From: Octopus sinensis
Lineage: Eukaryota
Assembly: GCF_006345805.1 (NCBI RefSeq)
Contig: NC_042999.1
Location: 47,120,001 to 47,184,000 of the forward strand
Direction of reading: 5' to 3'
DNA: 64,000 bases
The notes beneath the pieces were generated by a model. It was given only the letters and a program-made list of their open reading frames with translations. It was not told the DNA's origin and did no database searches. The translations under genes were made by a program, and so were the position numbers. This document shows, in pieces, positions 24,154 through 38,065 of the stretch. Position 1 is the first letter of the stretch. Each line of letters opens with the position of its first letter.

Positions 24154-27029
24154 GTTTGTGTGTGTGCATGCTGAGGGATCTATAGAACCATTACAATGTC
24201 GTGTGGAATCTAACGCAGGACTTATGCTGATGCACTCTACTGTCACTTCCAATACCATTGGTGTCAAATGTGTTGCTCATAAATTCGGCGTCTACAATTT
24301 GCGTATTAAGAACTGGAAATCTATTTCTTTCTCATTGTATTCTTGCTTTAATGTCGATGAATATATAAAGTGTTAAGGAAAGTCATATATATGAGTTCGT
24401 GAGTCTGTGTGAATATGTCTTTTTCTTTTTTATCTTTATATTTAATTGGCGTAAAAAATAATCTTGAGTACAGGAAGATTTGTTAGAAAAAACAAAGACC
24501 ATTAAAACATATACTAAACGTAAATAATTACTGCGTTCAATATTATCTACAAACATCCTTCAAAATGCTGCCTCTGTATGGCTAGAATTTAATTTCTGCA
24601 ACTAGTAAAATTATAAAACAATAATTTAAGGCCTTAAAGTGTTTATATCTAAGTTTCCATGCTGTTCCATGAGGAATCTCCTTTAGATAATTAGATTTCT
24701 TCGCATCTAAATATATTTCACTTTATTTTTGTCGCTAATGCCCTTCAGAATATCATACAAATTAAATAATCTCGTTTCTTCCGCTTGTTAAATCTAAGAA
24801 TATATGCTTACGTAAGGAATGTGAATGTAGTTTTTGAAGCTCAGCCAGAAAGAGAAAATATTTGTAAATAAATTACAAATAACATGATTGCATTAAGCAA
24901 TAAAACAAAAAAAAATGTCGAAAAGAAGTAATGCAAAATAAAATGTTTCTGGTGAGATTGATCTATTCGATTAACTTTGCCGACGGTAAGTAAAACACAG
25001 GAATTCATGTTATATTATGTAGGTGAAATATATACGCGTGTAGTTACAAAAGGACATAGAAATATATTTAAATTGTTGCAAAGGTTATACTTGATATTAT
25101 TTAATATGTCATCATTACAGTGACATATAGTAGGTGTGAGAACTATATTAAAATTAAAGTGAAAATGTATCATTGACAATTTAATGCTATATTATGATAA
25201 AGAAATTGCCGTTTACATCTCGAGATGGCTTTCAAGTTAATTTTAAGAAAGCCTTTATTCTTTTGCTATGCAAACTATATAATGAGCTTATATTTAAAAG
25301 TTTTGTATTGTGCGAAATATCCTAGTTATTCTCAATATTCTAGTTATTATCAATCCTATTTCGTAGAAATTATTGTCGTTTAAATTGATTCATGCACATC
25401 TCAAATGTAAAAGTAAAATAAAATAAACAAAAAACTAAAATGATGCCCAGCGTCACCAACGACCAACGGCCGATTGTCTATAGGCCATGTATTATCTATT
25501 CATAACCTATATTGTTATAAGCAATTCTTTGTAAAATTCACACCAACATCGCTTAAGTAGTAAAAAGTATATATTTTGAATTTTGTTTCAATCATTATAA
25601 ATCTTCATACATCGCAGGGACAGCTTTTCGTATATACATATTGTTTTATTGTCGATATACTACACCTTTATATAGAAACTTGTGTATAATAGTGAATTCG
25701 CAACACCTATATTTTACAAATTATACTTTATGTAGGTTTCCAATTATCATGTCTCTATTCCATTTATAAGGCTAACACAATTTTGATATCAATGATAAAG
25801 GTGATTATACGGTTCCATTTTCAATTAGGATAATTAATCTTTCCAGATCAGAGGAGTCCATTTTCTAAAGCTGAATGTTATTAAACGAAACATTAGTTGA
25901 CATTAAAAGTCTAGAGTCATTTCAATTACTTTATATTACACTTAATAGACCCAGCTGGTATTTTTCAAACATCCTTCAATTCGGATAATATCTCCTTTTT
26001 GTAAATTGTTTCGTGAGTTGTATTTCAGTTTAGCATTTAAATGACATTTAGAATTATAAATTTCGTGTCAAATTTCACACTCCTCAATATTACTAGCATT
26101 CTTAATTTTGAACCGATTCTTATTTTACTCTCATTATATCTTATGTCATTTCGTGAGCGTCGATCTCTTCATTTCAAACTTCCTCCACCGAAAGAAACAA
26201 TTACTGCAGTATTGCAGCACGGAATCAGACGATATTGATTTTTAATACATGTCAAACAAAAATACGCATTAAAAATATCTTCTTAAGCTAAACTGATTCG
26301 TCTATATTATATATGCCAGGAGATTTTAACTGAAGGCAGTGATCTATATTACTTAAAAATGACTGCGAACTGCAAAGGCTAAGAAATAAATCACTGCATA
26401 GATGAATGTATGATCTTGTTTCCATTGGTAGTTCTATGAAGCTCAAATCTCCTATATCACAAATTTTACTCGAGGAACGAAACAATAGTACACATTTTGC
26501 AGCCATGTAATGTATAATGTTTTACATAACAAAGAAAAAGGAAGAATAATGAAATTTCTGTGATTAAGGTTACGATTTAAATGCCGCTGAAATGTTTGCA
26601 ATGCAATTAAGCGATCACAGCATGTCGCTTATTGTATTATTCTCGAGATGATGAATAGTAAGTATAACTTTCGGAAAATTGCGAAATTTGAACAGTCGGA
26701 ACAAACTAGATACAATAGGCCTTCCGGTGTACTTTCACAACCAAAGATGTCACTCATTATTACGCTTATGGAGACTTATACAATTTCCACTTCTGTAATT
26801 ACAGACGAGAGATGGTAAGATGAATACAATTAATGTAAGAATCACAGTAGTAATGACCCAACAGCAAACGTATACTTGTATATTGTAGAAATTCTTACAC
26901 AGACAGACAGAAATATACATGCACAGAGACGAACATGCACAATATATATATATATATTATATATATATATATATATACAGACAGACACACAGAATATATA
27001 CACTATATGGGAAATAAATATGTATATAG

Positions 27030-27195
27030 ACGCAGGAGTGACTGTGTGGCAAGTAGCTTACTTAACAACCACATGGTTCCGGGTTCAGTCCCACTGCGTG
27101 GCACCATGGGCAAATGTCTTCTACTATAGCCGCGCACTAAACAAAGTCTTGTGAGTGGATTTAGTAGACAGAAAAGAAAAAAGCCTGTCGTATAA
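27030..27195 (+). mobile_element. SINE family B, 5' half
   Basis: gcaggagtgactgtgtggcaagtagc..ggttcagtcccactgcgtggcaccatgggcaaatgtc. Confidence 0.85.
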
Positions 27196-27384
27196 ACATA
27201 CATACATACATACATATATATATATATATCTATATATATATGGGTGTGTGTATGTATCTATGTATGTATGTAAGTATGTATATGTATACCTATCTATCTA
27301 TCTATATATATACACATACACACACACACACACACGCACACACACATATATATATACATACATATATATATATATATATGTATT

Positions 27385-27431
<47 letters not shown>

Positions 27432-28280
27432 AATTTAAATATTATTTTTTAAGGAATAAAAATTCCGGCATAACAGAGGTTCAAATTGTTCTCAATGAAG
27501 AAATATATTTTAATTTAGAGATAGTAGACCCCTACATCTCAACTAATTTAAAATAATTTTTATCTTTATTTTAAATATATACTGTTTTATTACTTGGCAA
27601 CCGGTGTTTCATGAGGTACATCCTCGGGTTCCTTAACCACTCCTAGTTTCTATGGAACCCCTCTCAAAATGCCTCCCCAATAATCAGGCCCTTATATAAC
27701 TTCATCAACGTTCAATACAATAAACTATATTTTAATTTTTTAAACCCTTAAGTATGTGTAAATTAGGTATGTTTAAATTAGTTTCGCTGGACTCTACAGT
27801 ACAAGCCATAATTCAGATAAAAATTCAAATAAAGATAAAAAGTTACAGAAATAAAAGTTACACGAATAAAGTAAGGAATTAAAAGAAAACGAAACTTTAC
27901 AAATGTTAGTAATATATAAATATATAGTGTTCCAAATAAAACAAAATTATTGTATACATATTTATATATATATATATATATATAATATATATATATATAT
28001 AATATATATTATATATATTATATATATATATATATTTATAGGTGGTGCTATTAAGTTAGACATGGCCTAGGCCAATAATGGCCGAAACCTATCAAAGTAT
28101 CAAAGTATATATATTTCATAATTTGAAACTGACTTATTGGAAGTCCACCTGAAGATTGTCGATCAAGACAAGAAACATTGTAGTGCGGTTTTTTTACTAT
28201 TTATTAAAATTTTATGTATTGATTAAGTCTTTCCTTGTTTGTTTGCAAAATAGTGGTTTTGTCTCTAATAATTTTTATTA

Positions 28281-28325
<45 letters not shown>

Positions 28326-28328
<3 letters not shown>

Positions 28329-28660
28329 GGTCCCGGGTTGATTCGGGGTTAACCACAGTAAATAAGGTACTCAATACATAGCAGAGTAAAATTAATTTAT
28401 ATATAGAAGGACTTCTACAGGACTAGAACTGTTTCATTCAAGAGAAATCATCAGGAAGCTAGTTAACAAGAATTGTATGGCATTTATACTTTAGGCAGGT
28501 TTAAAGGGGTGGTGGTGGTGGACTTTTTGGGGGTAGGCATAGCGCAAAAATATCATACTTGGGGGAGTGGTCAAGGAGTCAGTGGTAAATTAGATAAAAG
28601 AATGAATAAAAGAATAAAAAAAATATATAGAAGAATAGAGGTTTTAGGTAAATAAGGAGA
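28326..28660 (-). mobile_element. Short TA-flanked element with hammerhead-like core (probable PLE 3' end)
   Basis: Minus strand CTGATGA-TTTC tctt GAAT-GAAA-CAGTT at 28428-28454; stems I and III imperfect. Confidence 0.45.
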
Positions 28661-28763
28661 TTCTCACATATACATCCACATATGTATATATATACACACA
28701 CACACACATATACATACACACATACATACACACACACACATATATATATACATATATATATAC

Positions 28764-28798
<35 letters not shown>

Positions 28799-28970
28799 TA
28801 TACATGCATACATATATACACACACATGTATATATACACACAAGACCACACATACATATACACACAAAAAATATATACATACACACACATACACATACAC
28901 ACATACACACACATATCCACATACACACATGCACACACAAGTCCCTATATACACATATATACATATATAT

Positions 28971-29016
<46 letters not shown>

Positions 29017-29483
29017 TGTACCTATACATACCTACACATACCACACATATACATACAAATACAACCCATTCCCTAATTTAATTTTATTATTATCTTCATT
29101 TATTACTTTTGTTATCTTTGACCGCGGGTCACAATCATCTTGGCTACGACAGCAAGTCCATTTATCTTTCTACTTGAACACAAGCACTCACTCACGCACG
29201 CACACTCATTAGTACGCACACTCACTCATTCGTACAGTCATACACACACACGCACGCCCGCGTTATATTCATACATACATACATCTACATACATTCACAT
29301 ATATACACATACGTACGCGTACCTACAGATTCATGTCTACACGCTTAGACGACTAGTCCATACATATACACCAATAAATATATATACACACATACATATA
29401 CACCTACATACAAATACATACATACATATATACACATACACACACCCACACATATACTTATACATACATATACGCGCATACAT

Positions 29484-29723
29484 AGACTTTTTGTTGATCC
29501 AGTGGGATCCGTCGTGGAAAAGAAAAGTCTTACGTGCGTGGAGGATCACATCTTGCTCGGCCTCGGTGATGGTGGAGGACCTCCTGGCGAAGTTAATCAC
29601 GTCGATCAGCAAGCTCTCCGATATGGAGGCGTAGTAATCCTCGATATCCAGTTGTAGGAATCGGGTGTTGCTTTTGTCAGGTAAATCCCGGAACCAGGTT
29701 ATTGCCTCGGAGGTCTGTTCAGA
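29484..29723 (-). pseudogene. Penelope-like RT fragment of another lineage, open for 80 codons, cut by the gap
   Basis: SEQTSEAITWFRDLPDKSNTRFLQLDIEDYYASISESLLIDVINFARRSSTITEAEQDVILHARKTFLFHDGSHWINKKS matches the WF..FIQFDI..FYPSI..HARKSLLF..W.KK pattern of invertebrate PLE RTs. Confidence 0.8.
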
Positions 29724-29725
29724 GT

Positions 29726-29825
29726 NNNNNNNNNNNNNNNNNNNNNNNNNNNNNNNNNNNNNNNNNNNNNNNNNNNNNNNNNNNNNNNNNNNNNNNNNNN
29801 NNNNNNNNNNNNNNNNNNNNNNNNN
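29726..29825. other. Assembly gap (100 N)
   Basis: Direct reading; a round 100 N usually marks a scaffold join of unknown size. Confidence 1.
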
Positions 29826-30946
29826 CGGTCACACTGGGAAGGCCACTCGATTACATCAATATTATGGTGATCAAAAAATTCCATAAACTTTTGTGCACAC
29901 GACCATTATCCTGTGGATAAATAGCCCCCAGAGGCATATGGTGCGTCAAATATGGCACATTATCCTTCAGTAGATTCATATAACCTACACTATTTTGCTT
30001 TCCATCAACTTTAACTAGAGGGCTGACATCAAAGCTACTAAATTCCGCCCACACTATCACACCCATACCCCCTGCTTTCACCGTCTTTTTCAGGCATTTA
30101 GGATGAAATTCCTCGGTTGTGAAACGTCTGACGTATGTTTTACTAACTGATCCAAATATACAGAAGCCTGACATGAAACTCCAAAGGGCCATGCACCAAT
30201 CTCCGGCAGTCCATTGAACATGACGTTTTGCGAAATTAAGGCGTTTGAGTCGATTTATTTTGGATATTATTGGCTTTTTCCTAGCGATTTCTCCATGTAG
30301 TCCAAATTCTCTCAAACGGTTGCGGTTGGTTTATGGTGTAAAAATAACACCATTCTCGTTGGACAATTGTTTACAAATGTCAACGGCTGTCAGCATCTTG
30401 TTGCCTTCCGAAAGTCAGTGGATTCGACGTCCTTATGCGTCGTCGTTTTTCTTGGGGCGCCAGTCCTTTGCCGATCTTTATATTGACCAGTCTCCGAGTA
30501 TAGCATCCACGTTTGCACGCAAGCCGTTTTACTGCACTTCAGTTGCTTGGTGATGTTCGAAAAGGAAACTTTTTGCTGGTGGAGTAAAACGATTTTTGCT
30601 CTCGTGACTGGACTGAGGCTACGTTGTTTTCCCATAATAACGTCAAAGTATAACACTATATAATGCAGTTAGGCTAGTTGTGTGACCACCCATTTTGGCT
30701 AAAAAAATGTTTACAGATTACATGGTCTTAAACTAACTTTGCCTGTAAATTTGAAACGGTTATATTAATTTAGCATTAGAATTCTTCAAGTTGTATCAAA
30801 TTAGTTATTGTCTGCATCATTCGAAAGAGAAATAATTTCTGCATAAGGTGTAAAAGATAAACATAATTTGTATGGTGTTCGTAACAAAATATTTTGTAAG
30901 AAATAGAACTTATATCATCGGTCTTAAACTTATTTTCGCCAGTGTA
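29826..30946 (-). mobile_element. Tc1-like DNA transposon, inactive, truncated by the gap
   Basis: TA + cactggcgaaaataag terminus at 30946-30930; ATG at 30635; HTH MGKQRSLSPVTRAKIV..RTGAPRKTT, ARKKP, QDN, IEWPSQ; frameshift near 30350; first catalytic D lost (WSFMSGF vs WSDESKF). Confidence 0.9.
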
Positions 30947-30961
30947 TACACGCCCCCCGCT

Positions 30962-31005
<44 letters not shown>

Positions 31006-31813
31006 TGTATATATACTTAACTGCTCGATAATATAAACACCACATTATTTTATTAAACCCATTAAAAAATATATAGATACGTCAATAGATGGATATGTAA
31101 AACTTAAGACGCACGTCATGGACAATATTTGCGTTTCAATAGTTTAATAAGTAGGATAACCTTGCATCTTCTTATGTTCCAAAACCGAAGTCTGCAGAAT
31201 CAGCTGATAAACAAATGCCTAAAATTTGAAGAAAGCTACGCTAATGATATTTTCTTTATTGCGTAATTACATTGCAAACGTTAAAACGCCATTTAATCAA
31301 ACAAGTTTCGTAAAACACTATGTAATTTGATATAATTTTACAGTCTCTGTAAAGCATTGAATGTTTATAATAATTCTTTATTCTACTAAAAATAACGGCA
31401 ACAGTCATAAATTCATAGTCAAAAAGAAATAAAACCAAATAAAACAAACACCTTATTTGAAAGGAAAATCTGTATAAAATATTACTTCTGTTTATAAATC
31501 CGTGTGAAAATAGATTTCTTAGCATCACTTCTAAGAATAAACAAAGCAAGTAAAAATGGGTTCCGTTGAATTCTGCTTCAGTAGTCAGGAGAAATCAAAT
31601 AAAAATATATTATTCCTTTTGTGCATTACTCTGTATATGTTCTATCTTCGTGTTTAAATGCAGATTTGGATATACAAATATGGAGGATAATATCATTTTA
31701 AGTAATCTATTCCATGATTGTTCTTAATATGATCTGTATCCAAAGTCCACTGGGGTAAGTAAATGACCTCAATTTATGCGTAAAAGTAGGTAGTGCTGGA
31801 AAGTCTTACCTTT

Positions 31814-31844
<31 letters not shown>

Positions 31845-32015
31845 CACACACTCACACACACACAAACACACTCGAACAAAATATAGTGTACATTTGCGCG
31901 TGCGTATACGCACACACTCATATATATACATATCTGTATCTCTTTTACTCTTCTATTTGTTTCAGTCATGTGACAGTGGCCATGCTAGAGCACCGCCTTG
32001 TAGGTATATATATAC

Positions 32016-32065
<50 letters not shown>

Positions 32066-32427
32066 TTGTTTCTTAAGATTGAACCTGGAGTAGGTTATTA
32101 TACATCAGAACGGCTATAATATGGATAATATGGGCTTAAACAGCTCGTAGATAGAGAATATTTTAAGTAAGCATGACACTACAATTGGACAAGAACAATC
32201 ATTCGAATTTCCATAAATGCAAGGGGTTTTATAAATATTAAGCGCCTAAAATTCAGGATTAAATATATTCATTACCAAATGTAGATCGAAATGCATTACA
32301 ACTTGATATTCTGAGAGTGGCATCACTGAAAGTGTTTTTCTTTTTACTCATAATGAAAATTTTTTCAAACAGAATGATCGTTTAAATAAGTCACAAGATG
32401 CACGCTTCAAAGGAAATCCCAGTGAAT

Positions 32428-32848
32428 TCCGATAATATATATATTCTTTTATTGCCCACAGGTGGGGGCCAAACATAGAGAGGACAAACAAGGAATTGAA
32501 ACCTATTGTAGTCGCAGTAGTAACAATAGAAGAAGAAATATTAGTATTAGTATTAGTAGTAGTAGTATCAGTAGTAGCAGCAGTATCAATACTTACTATA
32601 TATTTCTTTATTGCCTACAAGGGGCTAAACATGGAGGGGACAAACAAGGACAGACGAAGGGATTAAGTCGATTACATCGCCCCCAGGGCGTAACTTGTAC
32701 TTATTTAATCGACCCCCGAAAGGATAAAAGGCAAAGTCGACCTCAGTGTAATTTGAACTCAGAACGTAACGGCAGACAAATTACCGCTAAGCATTTCGCC
32801 CGGCGAGCTAAAGATTCTGCCTGCTCGCCGCTCCGATAATATATATAT
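32428..32848 (-). mobile_element. SINE family A insertion with 17-bp target-site duplication
   Basis: tccgataatatatatat at 32428-32444 and 32832-32848 brackets the SINE, an (AGT)-like tract and a second tail copy. Confidence 0.85.
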
Positions 32849-32998
32849 GAACATGTACGAATATTGAAAACACTTTCAAATTTCAGGCCTTGGAATAAAT
32901 TCGAAGCAATTGGGGCAGTAAATTACGGACGCCTTACAAAATGCGTAGTATTATTTAGTTATAGCTCTATACGTTCAAACTTCGGTTAGGCTGACACA

Positions 32999-33062
32999 GC
33001 GCACACGCGCACACGCGCACACGCGCACACGCGCACACGCGCACACGCGCACACGCGCACAC
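32999..33062. repeat. (GCACACGC)n octamer tandem repeat grading into (CA)n
   Basis: About seven perfect units by direct reading. Confidence 0.9.
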
Positions 33063-35004
33063 ACACACAAGCTACATGCACACTCGCATACAAACACACA
33101 TGTGCGCGCACACATATAAACATGGATATATATAGGCATATATATACGTACACATATCTACCTATATATCCTTGTATCTATTTTTCTGTCTATCTGCCTA
33201 TCTGTCTATCTATCTATCTATCTATCTATATATTTATCTATCTATCTATCTATAATACACACTCAGGCATCACACACATCTCTGCTACGCTGAATATTTA
33301 AGTTGTTTTCAATTGAGGGATCTAGATTTCACTTCAGATGCATGACTAGAGTCGCTTCTTAAATTCAAGTAAACTCATGACTTGTGAATGAGATTGCGTT
33401 GACATCGTTTATATGGAAGATCATTGATTAGATTATGCCTGCAATTAATTGACTCCCTCTAGTTACAGAGACATGCTGATTCCCCATCGGAACTACATTA
33501 AGGGTAGACGTATCTTTAGTATGCACAGCCACTTCAAAACCCAGACCAACGAAATTGATTGTCCTACACATAGACACATATACTTCTAGGTGTATTTATG
33601 CATGTGGTTTCGAGTGCCTATGTAATCTTGATGAGTTCAATCTAATAATCTTGTATAAATTCCACTCTTAAATACTAGTAACTATCTAACCACGCAAAAT
33701 AAAGTTGCCGCCGAAAGTGTATTCTTCAGCAGTTTACTCAGATTACAAGGACTTACTATTAATACAAGCCACATCAAGTCACTAAGAATGAATATTGCTA
33801 AAATCTTAAAAACCTCGTAATACAGTATGATGTTTGGTATATGAAGTGATTAAAACATGTGACTAATAATAACTTTATATCAAGGATATAGTTTATTTCC
33901 GAATGTTAGCGATTGTATTCACGATTAATCTACTGAAATACAGGCATGAAAATTGCTTAACAATCATTGCCATTTATCATTGTTTCTCTTTTCCTTGTGT
34001 TCACACATGATGATATCTCATTATAAGCATTAGCTTAAACAATTTTCTTTCCAAAACTGGAAGTCTATAGAAATTTATCTATGCAATACATCATTAAACA
34101 TTTGGATATATTTTCTCAATATTTTATTAAACATGCAGTATGGCAATAATGGCATAGGTTTGCATAGTATATGCTTTCATTATTCTTGAATTTTCAAAAA
34201 TAAATAAATAAATCGAGTGAATAATCACATAATACAGTTTGTTAAATTGTAGAGAAAACTACATAATACACTCCGTAATAGTTACTTGATGTATCACCAA
34301 ATGATGCGATATCAAATAATGTATTGACTATACAAAATCCAGGAAAAAGCAATCGAAAGTTCCGCATTTCATAATGCAAAGAATAAATGAAATAAAATTA
34401 TTCACCCGGGTTACATATTACAGATACCATATAGACATGAGAGAAAGTTTTCTATGGGGTACATCAAAGTTTTACTTCAGAAAAATTTCTCCAACATAAA
34501 CATAGCTTCTCATGAAATCAGAAGCCATGTTAAGTTACAGCTCTAAATGTTTCACTAAGTAGTTTATATCTGTATTTGATATGGACAAACTCTTGCTTGG
34601 TATAAATGCCCTCTATTCACTGTGGTTACCAGAGTAAAATATCTAAATTCTTCAGCACTTTTTTTTTTTTTGAAATCTTTATTATTCATAATTTCCTATT
34701 AATTTCTGTGAATATGCTGTGTATGTATATGTATAATAATTCGTTTCCGCACAGCTAATATTAAACATATATATAAAAGGATTTGCGATAGGTACGTGCA
34801 AGTCTCTCCCACTGTCTCTCTCTCTCCTTCTTCCTGTATATTTGTGCGTATGTGTTCGTGTGTAGCGATGTCTATGAGCTTGTATGCATATATATATATA
34901 TATATATGCATACGTATATACACGTCTAAGTCTATGTAAATATGTATATATATATATACATTATATATATATATACATATATATATATACATACATATAT
35001 ATAA

Positions 35005-35036
<32 letters not shown>

Positions 35037-35049
35037 GTATAGGTATGTG

Positions 35050-35097
<48 letters not shown>

Positions 35098-36519
35098 CCT
35101 TCCTTTTTCCTTTTATAAATCCCTTCTGCGCGATGTACGGAAGATTTAATCTCCCTGTAACCACGAACTATATACGAAAGCGAATTACTGTTGAAAAATC
35201 TACATTCTGCTTCAGAACACAATCTTCCTTGGATATTCTTCCAATAGTTTTGGTTCACCACAAATGCAATCTCTAGTGAACAGTTGGCAATAAATTTGAA
35301 ATGAACCAAATTTAGGTATTTGCTGTTTCGCACAAACATTGTGCACATAATGTCACTCGAACAGATATCTATGTACGTGTATATACATACATACATACAT
35401 ACATACACACACATATATATATATATATTTATATACATTATACATACACACACACCCACATATATATTATACATACATGTGCGTGTGTGTGTCGGTGTGT
35501 CTGTGTCTATCTAGCAATATATATGTTGCACACAAATAAATTCACGCATTTGTGCAAAAATTCGAGAATACTATGCAAGCATATAGTCAATTCAAGAAGG
35601 TAAGCTCTCTCTCTCTCTTCAAAATTCTATACTTTGATCGTTCTTTCTGTCATGCTTTATGGTTACTTCCTAGTTAAATTTGTATGAAATTTAGAACAAA
35701 AAAATTATTTTATAATAAACTATATTTTCTTTTGAATAGATAATTTCCCATGAGTATTTCTATACGTAATCTCGACTCTAAAATAGAAACACATTTGAAG
35801 ATATATGAATATACCCCTGTTTGAAAAGAAGATTAGGATCTTTATTGGATACAATTTGTTCCTTAGCATTACTAGTTGAAATCAAATTTAGAAGCCTCAT
35901 AATCACAGTCATAAATGAATAACTGCTTGAATATTGGTAATATATTTTGGTGATTTTTTTTAAATGTATCCGTTTCATTCCCATTTCATTGCATAGACTC
36001 TCATATTCGTATGAATTCTGAACTGATTTATGCATATCCTTTTTAATTCAAGTACGTCCTTTCATAGTGTAATCTACAGGTTGAAATATAAAGCTAAGAT
36101 TATGACGTACACTCCGGAATCGATATGTTGTCTTTTAAGAAGTGAATACACATATTTCATCGCTTAGCTGGATAACGTATGGCACTATTTGGTCCAGTGC
36201 CTCTCAGTGAAAGAGAATCTAAAAAGAATTTTTAAAACGTTTCCCTACGTTGGAAGTGCATCTATTTTCAAATATCCACCAACTACAAAGAGCAACGCCT
36301 AATTTATGAAAGTTACAAAATGCTTTACTTTGTATAAATCTTTATCTGCTCTTTGTCCGTATTTTCTAACATTCTTTCGTTATTTTAGCTGTGTTTCACT
36401 TTCTGTTTTAACGAAGGTTTGCTAAAAACCCATTCTACGTTTGCTATTACCAAATGCATGCTGAAACTGTGTTAATGATGAAAAAAGAAAAGAAGCTTAC
36501 GTATTTTATCTTTCATGTT

Positions 36520-36698
36520 TTACCTGTTTCAGTCATTTGACTGCGGTCATGTTGGGGGCGCCGCCTTGAAGGGATTTATATTTCTTTTTAAAGCCTGGTA
36601 CTTATTCTAACAGTGTGTTTGGCCGAACCGCTGCGTTACTGCGACAGACGCACCAACACTGGTTGTCAAGCGGTGGTGGGGGAAAACACTGACACAGT

Positions 36699-36730
<32 letters not shown>

Positions 36731-36925
36731 TACACACACAAACACACACACACACACACACACACATAACTACGACATGTTTCTTTCAGTTTCCAGCGAA
36801 CAAATCCACTCACAGGGCTATGGTCGGTCCGACGCTATTGTAGAAGCCACTTCGCCAAGATGCCATGAAGTGGAACTGAAACCGGAACCATGTGATTGAG
36901 AAGCAAGCATCTTACCACACCTGTG
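36520..36925 (-). mobile_element. SINE family B
   Basis: tttcagtcatttgactgcgg, gccgaaccgct, ggttgtcaagcg, (CA)n, ttctttcagtttcc, ggaaccatgtg. Confidence 0.85.
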
Positions 36926-37689
36926 CTTTTTCCAATAACCTTTATGAAACTGCACTACCTTCAGATAATTCTTTCCTCTCTAATTTGTTTTATTTATATA
37001 ACCAAACGTATCCCTCTGTCGCATTGTCTCACTAAAACAGGTTAATACATTATATTCTGAAAGAATAACATCACAGCGTATTTAAGTTTCCACATATTCT
37101 TTTCACAAGTTTACATTCGATGAATATTAATTGATTTTGAATATAAATAACTGCAATATCGAATAGAGAAGAAAATATCAATCACATCACATCATATTAC
37201 AGATAGAAGTCTATTGAGTGTTCCAAGAAAATTATAAGATCTTTTTTTGTGAAATGGATTTCTTGGAGACTGATCAAAATCAATTCTACATTGTATAGGT
37301 CAGTATTAGTATTTCCAATGCTGCTGTCCATTTATTTTCTGTGGCACTAATATACATTTACTATTATTTGGTTACCTCATTGATTTGATTTGAAGTTCCC
37401 AAATAATTTTCGGATTTAGTGCACGTTAAGTATTTTTGTTGTAATCCTCATTTTCTCTTGGAGATCTACCTTCAAAATTGCTTCTGGCAGAGTAATTATC
37501 TTCTTTATGTAAGGTTATCTACGCATACATAATCTAATCTTCTTTTTTCCAATTTGCCCAGTGCAGGTTAATCTAAAGGGCGGGGTATAGCCCCTATTTC
37601 TAGCATTTTCGTCAACTGTTTTGAAGATTTCTCTGTGGCTCGTCGTTCTGGGTTCGGTACCAATCTTTGCATCATTTACTTGTTTAAAT

Positions 37690-38065
37690 CATAAAACTAC
37701 AGCTATACTGGGGTATCGCCTTGAAAAAGTTTTAGTCGAATGAATCAGCTCCGGTACATTTTTTAAAGCCTGGTACATATTCTTCTGTCTCTTTTGCCGA
37801 ACCGCTAATTGGTGGTGAGGTAAGCTAACCAGCACCAGTTTTCAAGCGTTGTTGGGGAACAAACACAAAGACTCACCCACACACACACACGTATATTTCA
37901 TAAATATATTATGATGGACTTCTTTCAGTTTCCGTCTCTCAATTCCATACAAAAGGCTTGGCTCAGTCCAACGCTATAGTAGAAGACACTTACCTAAGTT
38001 TCCACACAGTGGGACTGAAGACCAAAGCCATTTAGTTGAAAACGAAGCTTCATACCACTTAACCA
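37690..38065 (-). mobile_element. SINE family B, older copy
   Basis: Same motif order as 36520-36925. Confidence 0.75.

Noticed and set aside
24943-24991. aaaATG..MFLVRLIYSINFAD G|GTAAGT, a possible first coding exon
   Set aside because: Only 14 codons, weak hydrophobicity and no linked downstream exon identified
29665-29920. ORFs crossing the N run
   Set aside because: Artefacts of the gap joining two unrelated elements
31668-31764. AG..GTAAGT-bounded 91-nt segment
   Set aside because: All three frames from the acceptor contain stops; splice-like motifs are frequent by chance in AT-rich DNA
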